A DNA stretch of 64,000 nt from an uncultured Candidatus Saccharibacteria bacterium (GTDB lineage Bacteria > Patescibacteriota > Saccharimonadia > Saccharimonadales > JAGQNJ01): assembly GCA_964577565.1 (NCBI GenBank), contig CAZNZL010000003.1, positions 241 through 64,240 on the forward strand. The letters run 5' to 3'. Every line of letters begins with the position of its first letter. Within the stretch, counting starts at the first letter, position 1. Below are positions 25,590 through 34,406 of the stretch, piece by piece. The notes under the pieces are model-generated. The model was not told where the DNA came from and ran no database searches. It saw only the letters and a program-made list of their open reading frames with translations. A program made the translations under genes and the position numbers.

Positions 25590-26465
25590 ATGAATTATTA
25601 CTCAAGTTACAACGGTTACAAACCTACAAAAAAGAAATCATCTAAAAAATGGTTTTTACTGTTGATAGTTGCATTACTAATTGGGGCAGGAGTATGGTAT
25701 GCCTTTTTAAGAGAATCAAGCGTGCTACAACCGCAGACCGAAAATAATCAGCAAAGTGCGCAAGAACCAGAACCACAAAAACCCTCGCTGCCAAACCTGC
25801 AGCCGGTTGTTGATGAATGGGTCGCCAATCATCCGGGCACCTATGCAATTAAAATTACAGACACAGATGGTAATAGCTTGGCTGAGGTTGACGGTGACCG
25901 ACCGTTTTTTGCGGCGAGTATCTATAAGCTGTACGTGGCATATATTGGCTACCAAAAAATTGCAGACGGAACATACAACCCAAACGAACCGTATTCTTCA
26001 GGTTATAGCCGTCTTGAGTGTCTTGATGAAATGATTCGTAGCTCGTTTAGCCCGTGTGCCGAGAAAATGTGGGCTGAGCTTGGTAAAGATTCACTGACCG
26101 CTTTACTTAAAAATACCTATGGTCTTACTGGTACTAACATGACGGCGCTTCGCACTACCCCTAACGATGCAGCTATAATTTTGGGTAATATTTATAATCA
26201 AAAAAAATTATCTAAAGAGCACCGCGATGCGTATCTTGACTCAATGAAAACGCAAGATGCAAAATACCGTCGTGGCCTGCCGTCTGGGATTACTAACGGA
26301 ACAGTCTATAACAAGGTTGGCTGGAACCTTGATCAAGAATGGCACGACACGGCTATCATTGAACTACAAAATGACAAAACGGTCATTGTTTCAATTTTTA
26401 CTGAGGGTGCGGGCTATCGTAATGTAGCTAGCCTTGGCGCGGCGCTTGAGCAAGCGTTACAGTAA
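25590..26465 (+). CDS. membrane-anchored class A beta-lactamase-like serine hydrolase
   Basis: N-terminal TM helix and an SxxK motif (ASIYKL). Confidence 0.7.
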   Translation: MNYYSSYNGYKPTKKKSSKKWFLLLIVALLIGAGVWYAFLRESSVLQPQTENNQQSAQEPEPQKPSLPNLQPVVDEWVANHPGTYAIKITDTDGNSLAEVDGDRPFFAASIYKLYVAYIGYQKIADGTYNPNEPYSSGYSRLECLDEMIRSSFSPCAEKMWAELGKDSLTALLKNTYGLTGTNMTALRTTPNDAAIILGNIYNQKKLSKEHRDAYLDSMKTQDAKYRRGLPSGITNGTVYNKVGWNLDQEWHDTAIIELQNDKTVIVSIFTEGAGYRNVASLGAALEQALQ

Positions 26466-27104
26466 TTGCTTTAAGGCATCGGTATCTTTTAAGGTAATAC
26501 AAGCTTGTTTAGTGCTGAGTAAACCTTTGCGTTCAAGAATACTAAGTTCGCGGCTGGTTGTCTCGCGGCTGGCGTTGATTGAGCTAGCGATATCTTGTTG
26601 TTTTAGGGGTACATCAATTATCACAGCGCTACCATCTTGTTTACCAAAGCGATTAGACATAGTAATCAAAAACGAGATTAAGCGCTCGCGTACGCTACGG
26701 TACTCGAGGTTTAAAATGCGCTCGGAGTGCATCTGATATTGCTCAATTAATAGATCAAGCAGCGGATACATTGCTTTGGGGTTAGACTCAAGATATTGTG
26801 TAAACTCTTTGCGATCCACGCGCAAAACAGTAGTAGGGGCAAGTGCTTGATAAATAATGTGACGCTCACGGCCCTTTAACGCCCAAATAATAGGGAACAT
26901 TTCGTGAGGGCGGCGTATAACTAACAGGTTTTCTTCGCCGTATTTACTAATGTTAAATGCCTTAACCAGGCCGCTTTCAATATAAAAGATATGAGAAGGG
27001 GATTCACCGGGCCGTATAATATACTCGCCCTTTTGATACGTAAGACTCGTACCTTGCTTAAAGAACTGTAAAAATTTGTCTAATTGGCTATCATCGCCCA
27101 ACAT
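26457..27104 (-). CDS. Crp/Fnr-family transcriptional regulator
   Basis: cNMP-binding beta-barrel plus a C-terminal HTH (RETTSRELSILERKGLL). ATG 27104 lies 6 nt after TGtCATAAT. The longer ORF to 27161 is rejected. Confidence 0.85.
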   Translation of the reverse strand: MLGDDSQLDKFLQFFKQGTSLTYQKGEYIIRPGESPSHIFYIESGLVKAFNISKYGEENLLVIRRPHEMFPIIWALKGRERHIIYQALAPTTVLRVDRKEFTQYLESNPKAMYPLLDLLIEQYQMHSERILNLEYRSVRERLISFLITMSNRFGKQDGSAVIIDVPLKQQDIASSINASRETTSRELSILERKGLLSTKQACITLKDTDALKQLL

Positions 27105-27144
27105 AGAATAATTATGACACAAATTTCGAATAAATATAGTGTAA

Positions 27145-27162
27145 TGTGATAAATCTCTCACA
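27145..27162. promoter_or_regulatory. TGTGA-N8-TCACA palindrome upstream of the Crp/Fnr-family gene
   Basis: TGTGAtaaatctcTCACA lies ~40-58 nt upstream of ATG 27104. The spacer is 8 nt rather than the canonical 6. Confidence 0.4.
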
Positions 27163-27235
27163 CCATATGTGCTTAACTTAACTGCCGCTCTTTATGAATC
27201 ATGTCATTATAAAAGCGGAAAAGGAGGTGTGAGAT

Positions 27236-27919
27236 ATGGTATCACTAACCGATGTAGATGCTCAGCTTGCAAAGGTCGGCATAAAAAACCGCTTCTTTGG
27301 CAGGCCCGAGGTTAAGGAGCTGTGCCATATTCTGGCACCCGGCGAGGTCATTCAACACGCCGTGAACGGGCAATACGAAGGCGGCTTTGCTATGATGTTA
27401 GCAACAGACCGGCGCATATTGCTCATAGATAAAAAACCGTGGTTTCTAACCATGGAAGACATTCGTTACGACATGGTTTCAGAGGTTGATTACTATGCGC
27501 GCTTACTCGACGCTACGCTTTCACTGGTGACATTTAGCAAAACACTACGCTTTACCAGCTGGCGCCAGGCGCGGCTACGTGAATTTGTACGCTATATTCA
27601 GTACCGCGTGATGGAGTTGCGGCAAATAGATAACAGCTGGCAGGCGCAGCAACAGGCAACCAGCAACCACTCATCTCAGAGTACGCAACCAACTAACTAT
27701 ATACCTGCTCAACAAGTTCAAAATGATTTTGCCACCAATTACCAAACACACATGAAGCGACACTCTCTTGCTCATGTTGCCGGTAAAGTAGCAATGGGGA
27801 TCCAGCGGCACAAGCCAATCGTTAAACCGCTTTACCCGCGGCCATCGCTTGTCGCTCGATATCGTTCTGGCACTTTTGGTCAAAATCGGCCCACGCCATC
27901 TTCTGTTCAGCACGGTTAG
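27236..27919 (+). CDS. bacterial PH-domain (YokE-like) protein with a Q/S-rich C-terminus
   Basis: GGAGGTG Shine-Dalgarno sequence and GEVIQHAVNGQYEGGFAMMLATDRRILLID. Confidence 0.6.
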   Translation: MVSLTDVDAQLAKVGIKNRFFGRPEVKELCHILAPGEVIQHAVNGQYEGGFAMMLATDRRILLIDKKPWFLTMEDIRYDMVSEVDYYARLLDATLSLVTFSKTLRFTSWRQARLREFVRYIQYRVMELRQIDNSWQAQQQATSNHSSQSTQPTNYIPAQQVQNDFATNYQTHMKRHSLAHVAGKVAMGIQRHKPIVKPLYPRPSLVARYRSGTFGQNRPTPSSVQHG

Positions 27920-27939
27920 TTTTGGGTAATTGATAGGGT

Positions 27940-29040
27940 TTAAACGTTAAACCGAAACTCCACCACGTCGTCTGGTTGCATTATGTAGGTTTTGCCTTCG
28001 GTCCGGACTTTGCCGGCAGCCTTGGCGGCCGTTTCTGACCCAGCCGCGATAAGATCGTGGTAATTAACCACCTGGGCGGCAATAAAACCGCGCTCAAAGT
28101 CGGTGTGAATAACGCCAGCGGCTTGCGGAGCCGTAGCTCCTTTTTTGATGGTCCAAGCCCGCACTTCTTTTTGGCCTGCGGTCAGATAACTCTGTAGCCC
28201 TAACGTTTCATAAGCCGCATGGATTAATTGTTCCAAGCCAGATTGCTCTACGTTATAACTGGCAAGTAGTTCGCTTCGATCATCCTCATCAAGGGCCTGA
28301 AGCTCGTGCTCTAGTTTGGCACAAACAAAAATACTTTGCGCATGTGGCACTAGCGTAGCCAGGGCTGCTTTTTTGCTATTGTCTGCTAGGGTGTTTTCAT
28401 CCACATTAAACACGTAGATAACTGGCTTAGCTGTCAATAATTGCAATTCGTCAAGCAGAGCTTCTCCCTCCAAATTATTTCTAACATTCTTAAGAATGTT
28501 AGAATGAAACAGGGGTATATCATTAGAAAGTTCGACGTGAATGGCACTAAGGAGCTTGACTAGCGGAGCAAGCTTTGGGTTAGCGCGGGCTTCTTTGTCT
28601 AGGCGGGGTAGGCGCTTTTCAACGGTTTGCAGATCTGCCAGCACAAGTTCAGTGTTGATAATATCTATGTCTTTTTTAGGGTCATGTGCTTCATCTACGT
28701 GCTGCACGTTTGGGTCATCAAAAGCCCGCACCACATGTGCAATCGCATTAGTGCTGCGTATATTAGCCAAAAATTGATTACCTAAACCTTCGCCCTGTGA
28801 TGCTCCGGCGACCAAACCGGCAATGTCAACAAATGTCACCGTTGCGGGCACAACTTTTTGGCTGTTGTATAACTTGGCTAATTGATTAAGCCGCTCATCG
28901 GGGATCGGTACAATACCGGTATTCGGCTCAATGGTCGCAAACGGATAATTAGCCGCCAAAATATTATTATTGGTCAGGGCATTAAACAAGGTAGACTTAC
29001 CCACATTCGGTAATCCCACAATCCCAATTGATAAACTCAT
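27940..29040 (-). CDS. ychF: ribosome-binding ATPase YchF
   Basis: GIVGLPNVGKSTLFNALT G1 motif and a TGS-like C-terminus. Confidence 0.93.
   Translation of the reverse strand: MSLSIGIVGLPNVGKSTLFNALTNNNILAANYPFATIEPNTGIVPIPDERLNQLAKLYNSQKVVPATVTFVDIAGLVAGASQGEGLGNQFLANIRSTNAIAHVVRAFDDPNVQHVDEAHDPKKDIDIINTELVLADLQTVEKRLPRLDKEARANPKLAPLVKLLSAIHVELSNDIPLFHSNILKNVRNNLEGEALLDELQLLTAKPVIYVFNVDENTLADNSKKAALATLVPHAQSIFVCAKLEHELQALDEDDRSELLASYNVEQSGLEQLIHAAYETLGLQSYLTAGQKEVRAWTIKKGATAPQAAGVIHTDFERGFIAAQVVNYHDLIAAGSETAAKAAGKVRTEGKTYIMQPDDVVEFRFNV
28479..28509. repeat. perfect 26-bp palindrome plus 5 nt, a near-identical copy of the arsR-like promoter/operator, inside the ychF coding sequence
   Basis: TTCTAACATTCTTAAGAATGTTAGAA followed by TGAAA. 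30 of 31 nt match 24449-24479. Confidence 0.9.
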
Positions 29041-29161
29041 GAGTACCTATTATAACAGAGGTATATACGGTGGTGTAATCAAAATAATTTGAACTGAGGT
29101 TGTTGTTTTATGGACATTTTAAAATTGCTACTGCTTGCATTTTAAAAATTCATAAAAAATA

Positions 29162-29788
29162 ATGGCAGACAAACAAGGAGGGAAACTTGTGAATGGGGTA
29201 GGTAATACGAGTATCGCTAGGGTCATGATTGTATTAGTGGTGACAGCGATTATTGGCCTTGGATTCACTGGGTGGATGGCCTTTGCTCATGAAAATAAAA
29301 AAACAGAATCGCATAAAAGCAGCCAGCAAGCTAATCAAAATTTTGATAAAAGAACCGAAGAAGATCCTTCTGAAGGTGGCAAATATCTTGTTATCACTGA
29401 ATGGGGCGTAAAGGCCTTACTTCCATCTAGTTTGCAAGGAAAAATTAGTTACTTGCTTGGTGAAACGGTCGTGGATGAGCAAGGCAATTCTATAAATTCT
29501 GCGAGGATTTACATTGAAGAAGACGCAGTGATAAATCATGAGTGTAACCTTAATCAAACTTCTTTAGGTGAATCAATAGATACAGCTATACAGTACATTC
29601 GTTCTGAGAAAACAAAGCCCTTCAATGTAAGTAGATATAGATGGGAATTTAAGCAAGACGTATACCAGAATGAAGCTCACGCTTTTCACTTAAACTTTGC
29701 AGATCAAATGTGTATCAATGAAGAAACTGATGGCGAGAGCATAGCCGAGCTAAGAGGGGCATTAGAAAATATTAAGCCTATAAATTAA
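29162..29788 (+). CDS. membrane-anchored hypothetical protein (208 aa)
   Basis: N-terminal TM helix (IARVMIVLVVTAIIGLGFTGWMAF). Confidence 0.65.
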   Translation: MADKQGGKLVNGVGNTSIARVMIVLVVTAIIGLGFTGWMAFAHENKKTESHKSSQQANQNFDKRTEEDPSEGGKYLVITEWGVKALLPSSLQGKISYLLGETVVDEQGNSINSARIYIEEDAVINHECNLNQTSLGESIDTAIQYIRSEKTKPFNVSRYRWEFKQDVYQNEAHAFHLNFADQMCINEETDGESIAELRGALENIKPIN

Positions 29789-29819
29789 TGTTTTTAGACG
29801 GTGGGCAAAGGAGGGGTAT

Positions 29820-31367
29820 ATGTCTGCTAGTCCAGAAACATCACTTTCACAAGGAGTTGAAATTGAGCCAAGTGTGCCTGAAGCTCACTTCTTAAAAGAC
29901 ACTATTTTTCGAGCGCGACAGTTACTTGGTAGAGGATTATTAATCTTAAGCCTAATTTCTGGTGGAGCAATTGCCAGCGATTCTGACAACGAATACGTTG
30001 AAGCGGCCGATACCATTAATACCTATCCTGACGCTGATGCTAAAGACTGCTCAGCAACGTATGGAATTTATTCTTGGTGCAAGGGAAGTCCTTATTACTG
30101 GAGTTCCCCAAGAGGATATGCTTATCGTAACTGTACTGACTGGGCAGCATATAGAATACCCCAGCTTACTGGTAAAAGTGTACCGAAAGGTTGGAGTCAT
30201 GGAGGTAATTGGGACGATGCTGCAAGGAAGGCAGGCTTTAGTGTGGATACCACACCAGAGCCGGGTGATATTGCCGTATGGAATGGTACAGACAAGAACA
30301 TATACGGGCATGTTGAAGTAGTAGAGTCAGTAAATTCCAATGGATCTGTAAACACATCTAGCTACAATAGCCGTGGCAATGGCAATTATGAATACCGAAC
30401 AGGCAGAGTGGCCAATCATTATATTGACATGAATGGAGCTGGCAAAGGCGTAAATAGCCAACCGACCACAGCGCAACCACAATCGAAGCCAGAAGATTTT
30501 ATGATTTATCGAGCATCAGATCATGGCAAATGGTATGCCAAATCTGGCCCAAGCGGAAACACATATAATGTGAACGGCATACCTCACGGCGGCTGGCCCG
30601 GTGATGTGCCGCTAGCGGGTGATTTTAACGGTGATAACGTAGAAGACCTTGTTATTTATCGAAACGGTGTATGGTACGTAAAAGATAAAAACGGTAATTT
30701 TATTGGCCCCGGACCAAACGGATTAGCTCATGGAGGTTGGCCTGGCGACGTTCCGATGGTGGGTGACATTGATGGTAATGGCATTGATGATTTTGTGATC
30801 ATACGTACCGCAAATGGGACCACCCGCTGGATTACTAAATCCGGCCCAACGGGTACGTCTTATATTTCAGACATTGCGCATGGTGGCTGGCCGGGTGATG
30901 AGTATATGCTTGGTGATATTGATGGTAATAAGACTGATGACTTTGTTTTGTTAAGAAATACCGGTGGAACACTGAACTGGATAACAAAAGCTGCCCCCGG
31001 TGGGCATAACTATATTTCTCACGTATTCCATGGCGGCTGGCCAGAAGATATCCCCATGCTGGGTGATGTGAATGGTGATGACAAAAAAGACTTCGTTATT
31101 TATAGGAATGGTGAGTGGATCAGCAAGGCAGCACCAAGCGGTACTACTTACATATCACATATCTTTCATGGCGGCTGGCCCGGCGATAAACCCAAAATGG
31201 GAGATATTGATGGTAACGGCACAGATGACTTTGTGCTACTAAGACGCTCTGGTGGAACCCTAAACTGGATAACTAAGGCAGCGCCAGGTGGAAGCAATTA
31301 TATCTCACATGTATTTCATGGCGGCTGGGAGGGTGATGTACCTCTGGTCGGCGACTTTGGCTCGTAG
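29820..31367 (+). CDS. exported CHAP-domain peptidoglycan amidase/peptidase fused to six FG-GAP/VCBS-like repeats
   Basis: CHAP Cys (NCTDWAAYR) and His (GHVEVVESV). The unit HGGWPGD.P..GD.(D/N)G(D/N)..DDFV occurs six times. Confidence 0.8.
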   Translation: MSASPETSLSQGVEIEPSVPEAHFLKDTIFRARQLLGRGLLILSLISGGAIASDSDNEYVEAADTINTYPDADAKDCSATYGIYSWCKGSPYYWSSPRGYAYRNCTDWAAYRIPQLTGKSVPKGWSHGGNWDDAARKAGFSVDTTPEPGDIAVWNGTDKNIYGHVEVVESVNSNGSVNTSSYNSRGNGNYEYRTGRVANHYIDMNGAGKGVNSQPTTAQPQSKPEDFMIYRASDHGKWYAKSGPSGNTYNVNGIPHGGWPGDVPLAGDFNGDNVEDLVIYRNGVWYVKDKNGNFIGPGPNGLAHGGWPGDVPMVGDIDGNGIDDFVIIRTANGTTRWITKSGPTGTSYISDIAHGGWPGDEYMLGDIDGNKTDDFVLLRNTGGTLNWITKAAPGGHNYISHVFHGGWPEDIPMLGDVNGDDKKDFVIYRNGEWISKAAPSGTTYISHIFHGGWPGDKPKMGDIDGNGTDDFVLLRRSGGTLNWITKAAPGGSNYISHVFHGGWEGDVPLVGDFGS

Positions 31368-31420
31368 ATAGTCAAAAACATTTCAAAGCACTAGCATTGT
31401 AGTGTAAAATAAGTATAACC

Positions 31421-31990
31421 ATGGCGTTTAAGGAACAAAAGCCAGAATCTAATGTGGTAATTGGCAAGAGTATTAAACTTTCAGCTAAGATTCGTAATAG
31501 ACTTCAAAACACATCAAAAAGACAACGGATTATTGCACTGGTCGGTGGTTTATTGTTATTGGTCTTCGCACTAGTTTGTTTGTATTTATATGGAGCGTCA
31601 AGGGGCCAACAAACACCAACCAATGAAGATGTGGTTTCGATAATACCCAATGCTAATGGTGAACATGCTAAATTGTTGTTAATAAGCGAAGCGCTAGATA
31701 AAGGTGACACGAAAACAGCTGAAACAGAAATTAACAATCTTGAAACAGGTAGTCCTTCGCAAAACGGCCAAATCCTTTTCTTGAAGGCTCGTTTAGCGTT
31801 ACAAACGCAACAATATGAAAAAGCCATTCAGTATGTCAATGAAATTGATAGTGAATCCCTGCCTGAAGAGTTAGCTATACCAGTATCACAAGAAAATATC
31901 GACACTATAAGGTCGGTTGCAGAAATGGCCCTAAACAAGTCTGATGATTCGATGAGTGAGCCGAGTCTTGGAGGTGTTTCAGGTGAGTGA
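31421..31990 (+). CDS. membrane-anchored helical (TPR-like) protein (189 aa)
   Basis: TM helix (IIALVGGLLLLVFALVCLYLY) followed by a helical repeat region. Confidence 0.6.
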   Translation: MAFKEQKPESNVVIGKSIKLSAKIRNRLQNTSKRQRIIALVGGLLLLVFALVCLYLYGASRGQQTPTNEDVVSIIPNANGEHAKLLLISEALDKGDTKTAETEINNLETGSPSQNGQILFLKARLALQTQQYEKAIQYVNEIDSESLPEELAIPVSQENIDTIRSVAEMALNKSDDSMSEPSLGGVSGE

Positions 31991-34220
31991 GAAGATTCAC
32001 CAACAGCTATTCTTATGGGCGGTATGTGTTTTAAGCCTTGTTGTCGTACTTCTTGTGCACACTCAGTCAAATGCCCAAGCCGCCATTGGAGCGCCTCCTG
32101 CAATCAATACTGATTATTTTAATAACAGGGTGTTTTTTAATGATGCATATCCATGTAGCGATTATGGGGCGACCCGCTACTTAAAAGATTTTAGTAGTCC
32201 AGATCTTTCTAATATTTGGGGAGTAGGAGTAGTATCAAATAAGCGTACCATCAAGATAACTCCTTACAGTGGCTACTATGTGTGTCCTAAGGCACGTCCA
32301 GGCTATAGGTATGATTCGTATCATTACATAAGATTGTCACATGCTGGCGGTGAGCGAAGTGCTGACCACATGAAAAATTTAAATAATGGGCCGGCTTCTA
32401 GTGGGCGACTACCGAGTCGTGTAAACCCTGGTCATGGGTCAGCCTGGCTTTCTCATCCGCAGGCTGATATTACGTTACAGCCCGGCTGGAATACACTTTC
32501 GGTTAACTTTCAGGGCAATACTTGTACAAGCCTACCAAGCGGAACATGTTCTCCTATTCAGGGAATTGCTCCAAGCTTATATCGTGTTTACTATAATTCT
32601 ATTCCAGAGGCAGACTTTAATGGTTTTTCTTGTGACACCGGTTTTAGGGGTTGGGCATTTGATCGAGACGACACAAACCGATCAATACAAGTACATATTT
32701 ATATAACCAATACAGTAACGGGCGAAAGAGTGGGGTATAATATTCCAACAAATATTTTACGTCAAGACGTTAATGATGTTTTTAATATTAGCGGCCGTCA
32801 TGGTTTCAGCTTTAATTTGCCTGGACAGTATAAGAATAATGTTAGGTATAGATACGAGGTATACGCAATTAATATTGGTCACGGCTTAAGTCAGAGAAAA
32901 TTTGCCGATGATTACTTTCGATGCGGTACTCCACAGCAGAATTCTTTTGATTTGAGGCCGAGAAGAAGAATAAACGTTGATGACGCAAGAGTTGAATTTG
33001 AAGTTACAAACAATGGTCGGGGTGAGTCACGTTTAAGCGATAATGGCGGCTCAAGGGTAAACATGAGGTTGACAAAAAATGGTCAAAGTATTCCAATTAA
33101 CCCTAGTGAAAATGATCAACGCCGCATTATAGGTCCGGGTATAACCTGGTCATATTCTGTTAATATCGGTTCACTTAATCCTGGTGATGTTGTATGCGCT
33201 GCAATATCGGTAAAGCCTGTTACGGGTATTACTGGTCTGGCGCAATGGCTAGGAGATAATCACCCGAGCTATCAATCTGGTGGAGCTCAAGAGCGACACG
33301 ATGGCTCGATGTCAGAAAATTGCGAAACGGTTTCTACTGCTCCGTACTTCCGTGTTTATGGCGGCGATGTCGTAGTAGGACGGGGCTTTTACGAGGCTGA
33401 ATCATGCGTTAGTAACCCAGACGCTAAAATCCAAGCTTTTACTCGATCTGTCAATGGTAGGTATGCAGGTGCTGGTTCGCAGTTTGCTGCGAGTGCAACA
33501 AACGTAATTGAGCAGTTTTTGACCGCCAGCATGCATAACCCTAGTTTGTCTAATGAAGTGCGTTCGCCAAATGGTCTTGGGTTTGGAAATACGGGGTCAA
33601 GTAGTGGTAAGGATGCCGGAGCCTATAGTGGTTGTATACAAGACTATTTTGACTGGGTAACAAACACGTATTCTGGCCCCGGTAAGGCGCAAGCAGCAAG
33701 CAGCATAGGGAACGTTGTAGTTGGTAGTGGCGACCCGGTGATACTGTACCGCGATGGTGACGTACACATAAACGGCAATATTACGTTTAACACCGCTACA
33801 AATCGCGATAGTCTTGAAAAGATACCAAGCTTCATCTTGATTGTGCGCGGCAACATCACCATTGCGCCGGGCGTAACACAATTAGATGGTGTCTATATTG
33901 CTCAGCCGCAAAACGGTAACCCCGATAGCGGACAAATTGATACGTGCGTTCCCGGGCCAGTCGGTTGCACAAACCAACTGGTAGTTAACGGCGCTTTTGC
34001 AGCTAATAACGTAAAACTTAACCGTATTCATGGTGACGTTGCAAGCGCTGACCCTAACGAAGCTGGTACTATTCAGCCGCTACCTGCCAATCAAACAAAC
34101 ATTGCCGAGGTCTTTAACTTTACGCCTGAAATTTTGCTTGGTCTTACCAGTCTGAACACCGGCACAACTCCAACGATGGGGCGGTACGATTCAATTGTTG
34201 GTTTACCGCCCATTCTATAA
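31983..34220 (+). CDS. large secreted protein, paralog 1 (745 aa from GTG), with the shared C-terminal module
   Basis: GGAGGTG lies 6 nt before GTG 31983. Signal peptide ...LLVHTQSNAQA|A. The C-terminal ~290 aa are homologous to 36691-37550. Confidence 0.8.
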   Translation: MSEKIHQQLFLWAVCVLSLVVVLLVHTQSNAQAAIGAPPAINTDYFNNRVFFNDAYPCSDYGATRYLKDFSSPDLSNIWGVGVVSNKRTIKITPYSGYYVCPKARPGYRYDSYHYIRLSHAGGERSADHMKNLNNGPASSGRLPSRVNPGHGSAWLSHPQADITLQPGWNTLSVNFQGNTCTSLPSGTCSPIQGIAPSLYRVYYNSIPEADFNGFSCDTGFRGWAFDRDDTNRSIQVHIYITNTVTGERVGYNIPTNILRQDVNDVFNISGRHGFSFNLPGQYKNNVRYRYEVYAINIGHGLSQRKFADDYFRCGTPQQNSFDLRPRRRINVDDARVEFEVTNNGRGESRLSDNGGSRVNMRLTKNGQSIPINPSENDQRRIIGPGITWSYSVNIGSLNPGDVVCAAISVKPVTGITGLAQWLGDNHPSYQSGGAQERHDGSMSENCETVSTAPYFRVYGGDVVVGRGFYEAESCVSNPDAKIQAFTRSVNGRYAGAGSQFAASATNVIEQFLTASMHNPSLSNEVRSPNGLGFGNTGSSSGKDAGAYSGCIQDYFDWVTNTYSGPGKAQAASSIGNVVVGSGDPVILYRDGDVHINGNITFNTATNRDSLEKIPSFILIVRGNITIAPGVTQLDGVYIAQPQNGNPDSGQIDTCVPGPVGCTNQLVVNGAFAANNVKLNRIHGDVASADPNEAGTIQPLPANQTNIAEVFNFTPEILLGLTSLNTGTTPTMGRYDSIVGLPPIL

Positions 34221-34256
34221 CCTCATAGTTTGTAGCCAGCACGCAACGTAAATTTA

Positions 34257-34284
34257 TTTACAATTACGCTTCGATTGTTATAAT
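34257..34284 (+). promoter_or_regulatory. promoter (TTTACA-16-TGtTATAAT) for paralog 2
   Basis: Hexamers at 34257-34262 and 34279-34284, followed by a ~115-nt leader. Confidence 0.6.
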
Positions 34285-34406
34285 GAGACTCAATAGCACT
34301 AGCGGTTTGCAGCTGAGGGTAAAGCGATAATTATGCGAACAATAAAAACTGGCAAACGTAACATGTTTAGTTTATATGCACCTCAAGCTGTACGGGGTAT
34401 TCTGCA

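Noticed and set aside
30480-31367. Periodic ~140-nt DNA repeats that might suggest a CRISPR-like or satellite array
   Set aside because: They are the coding repeats of the FG-GAP-like blades. They are in frame, diverged by ~20% and have no unique spacers.
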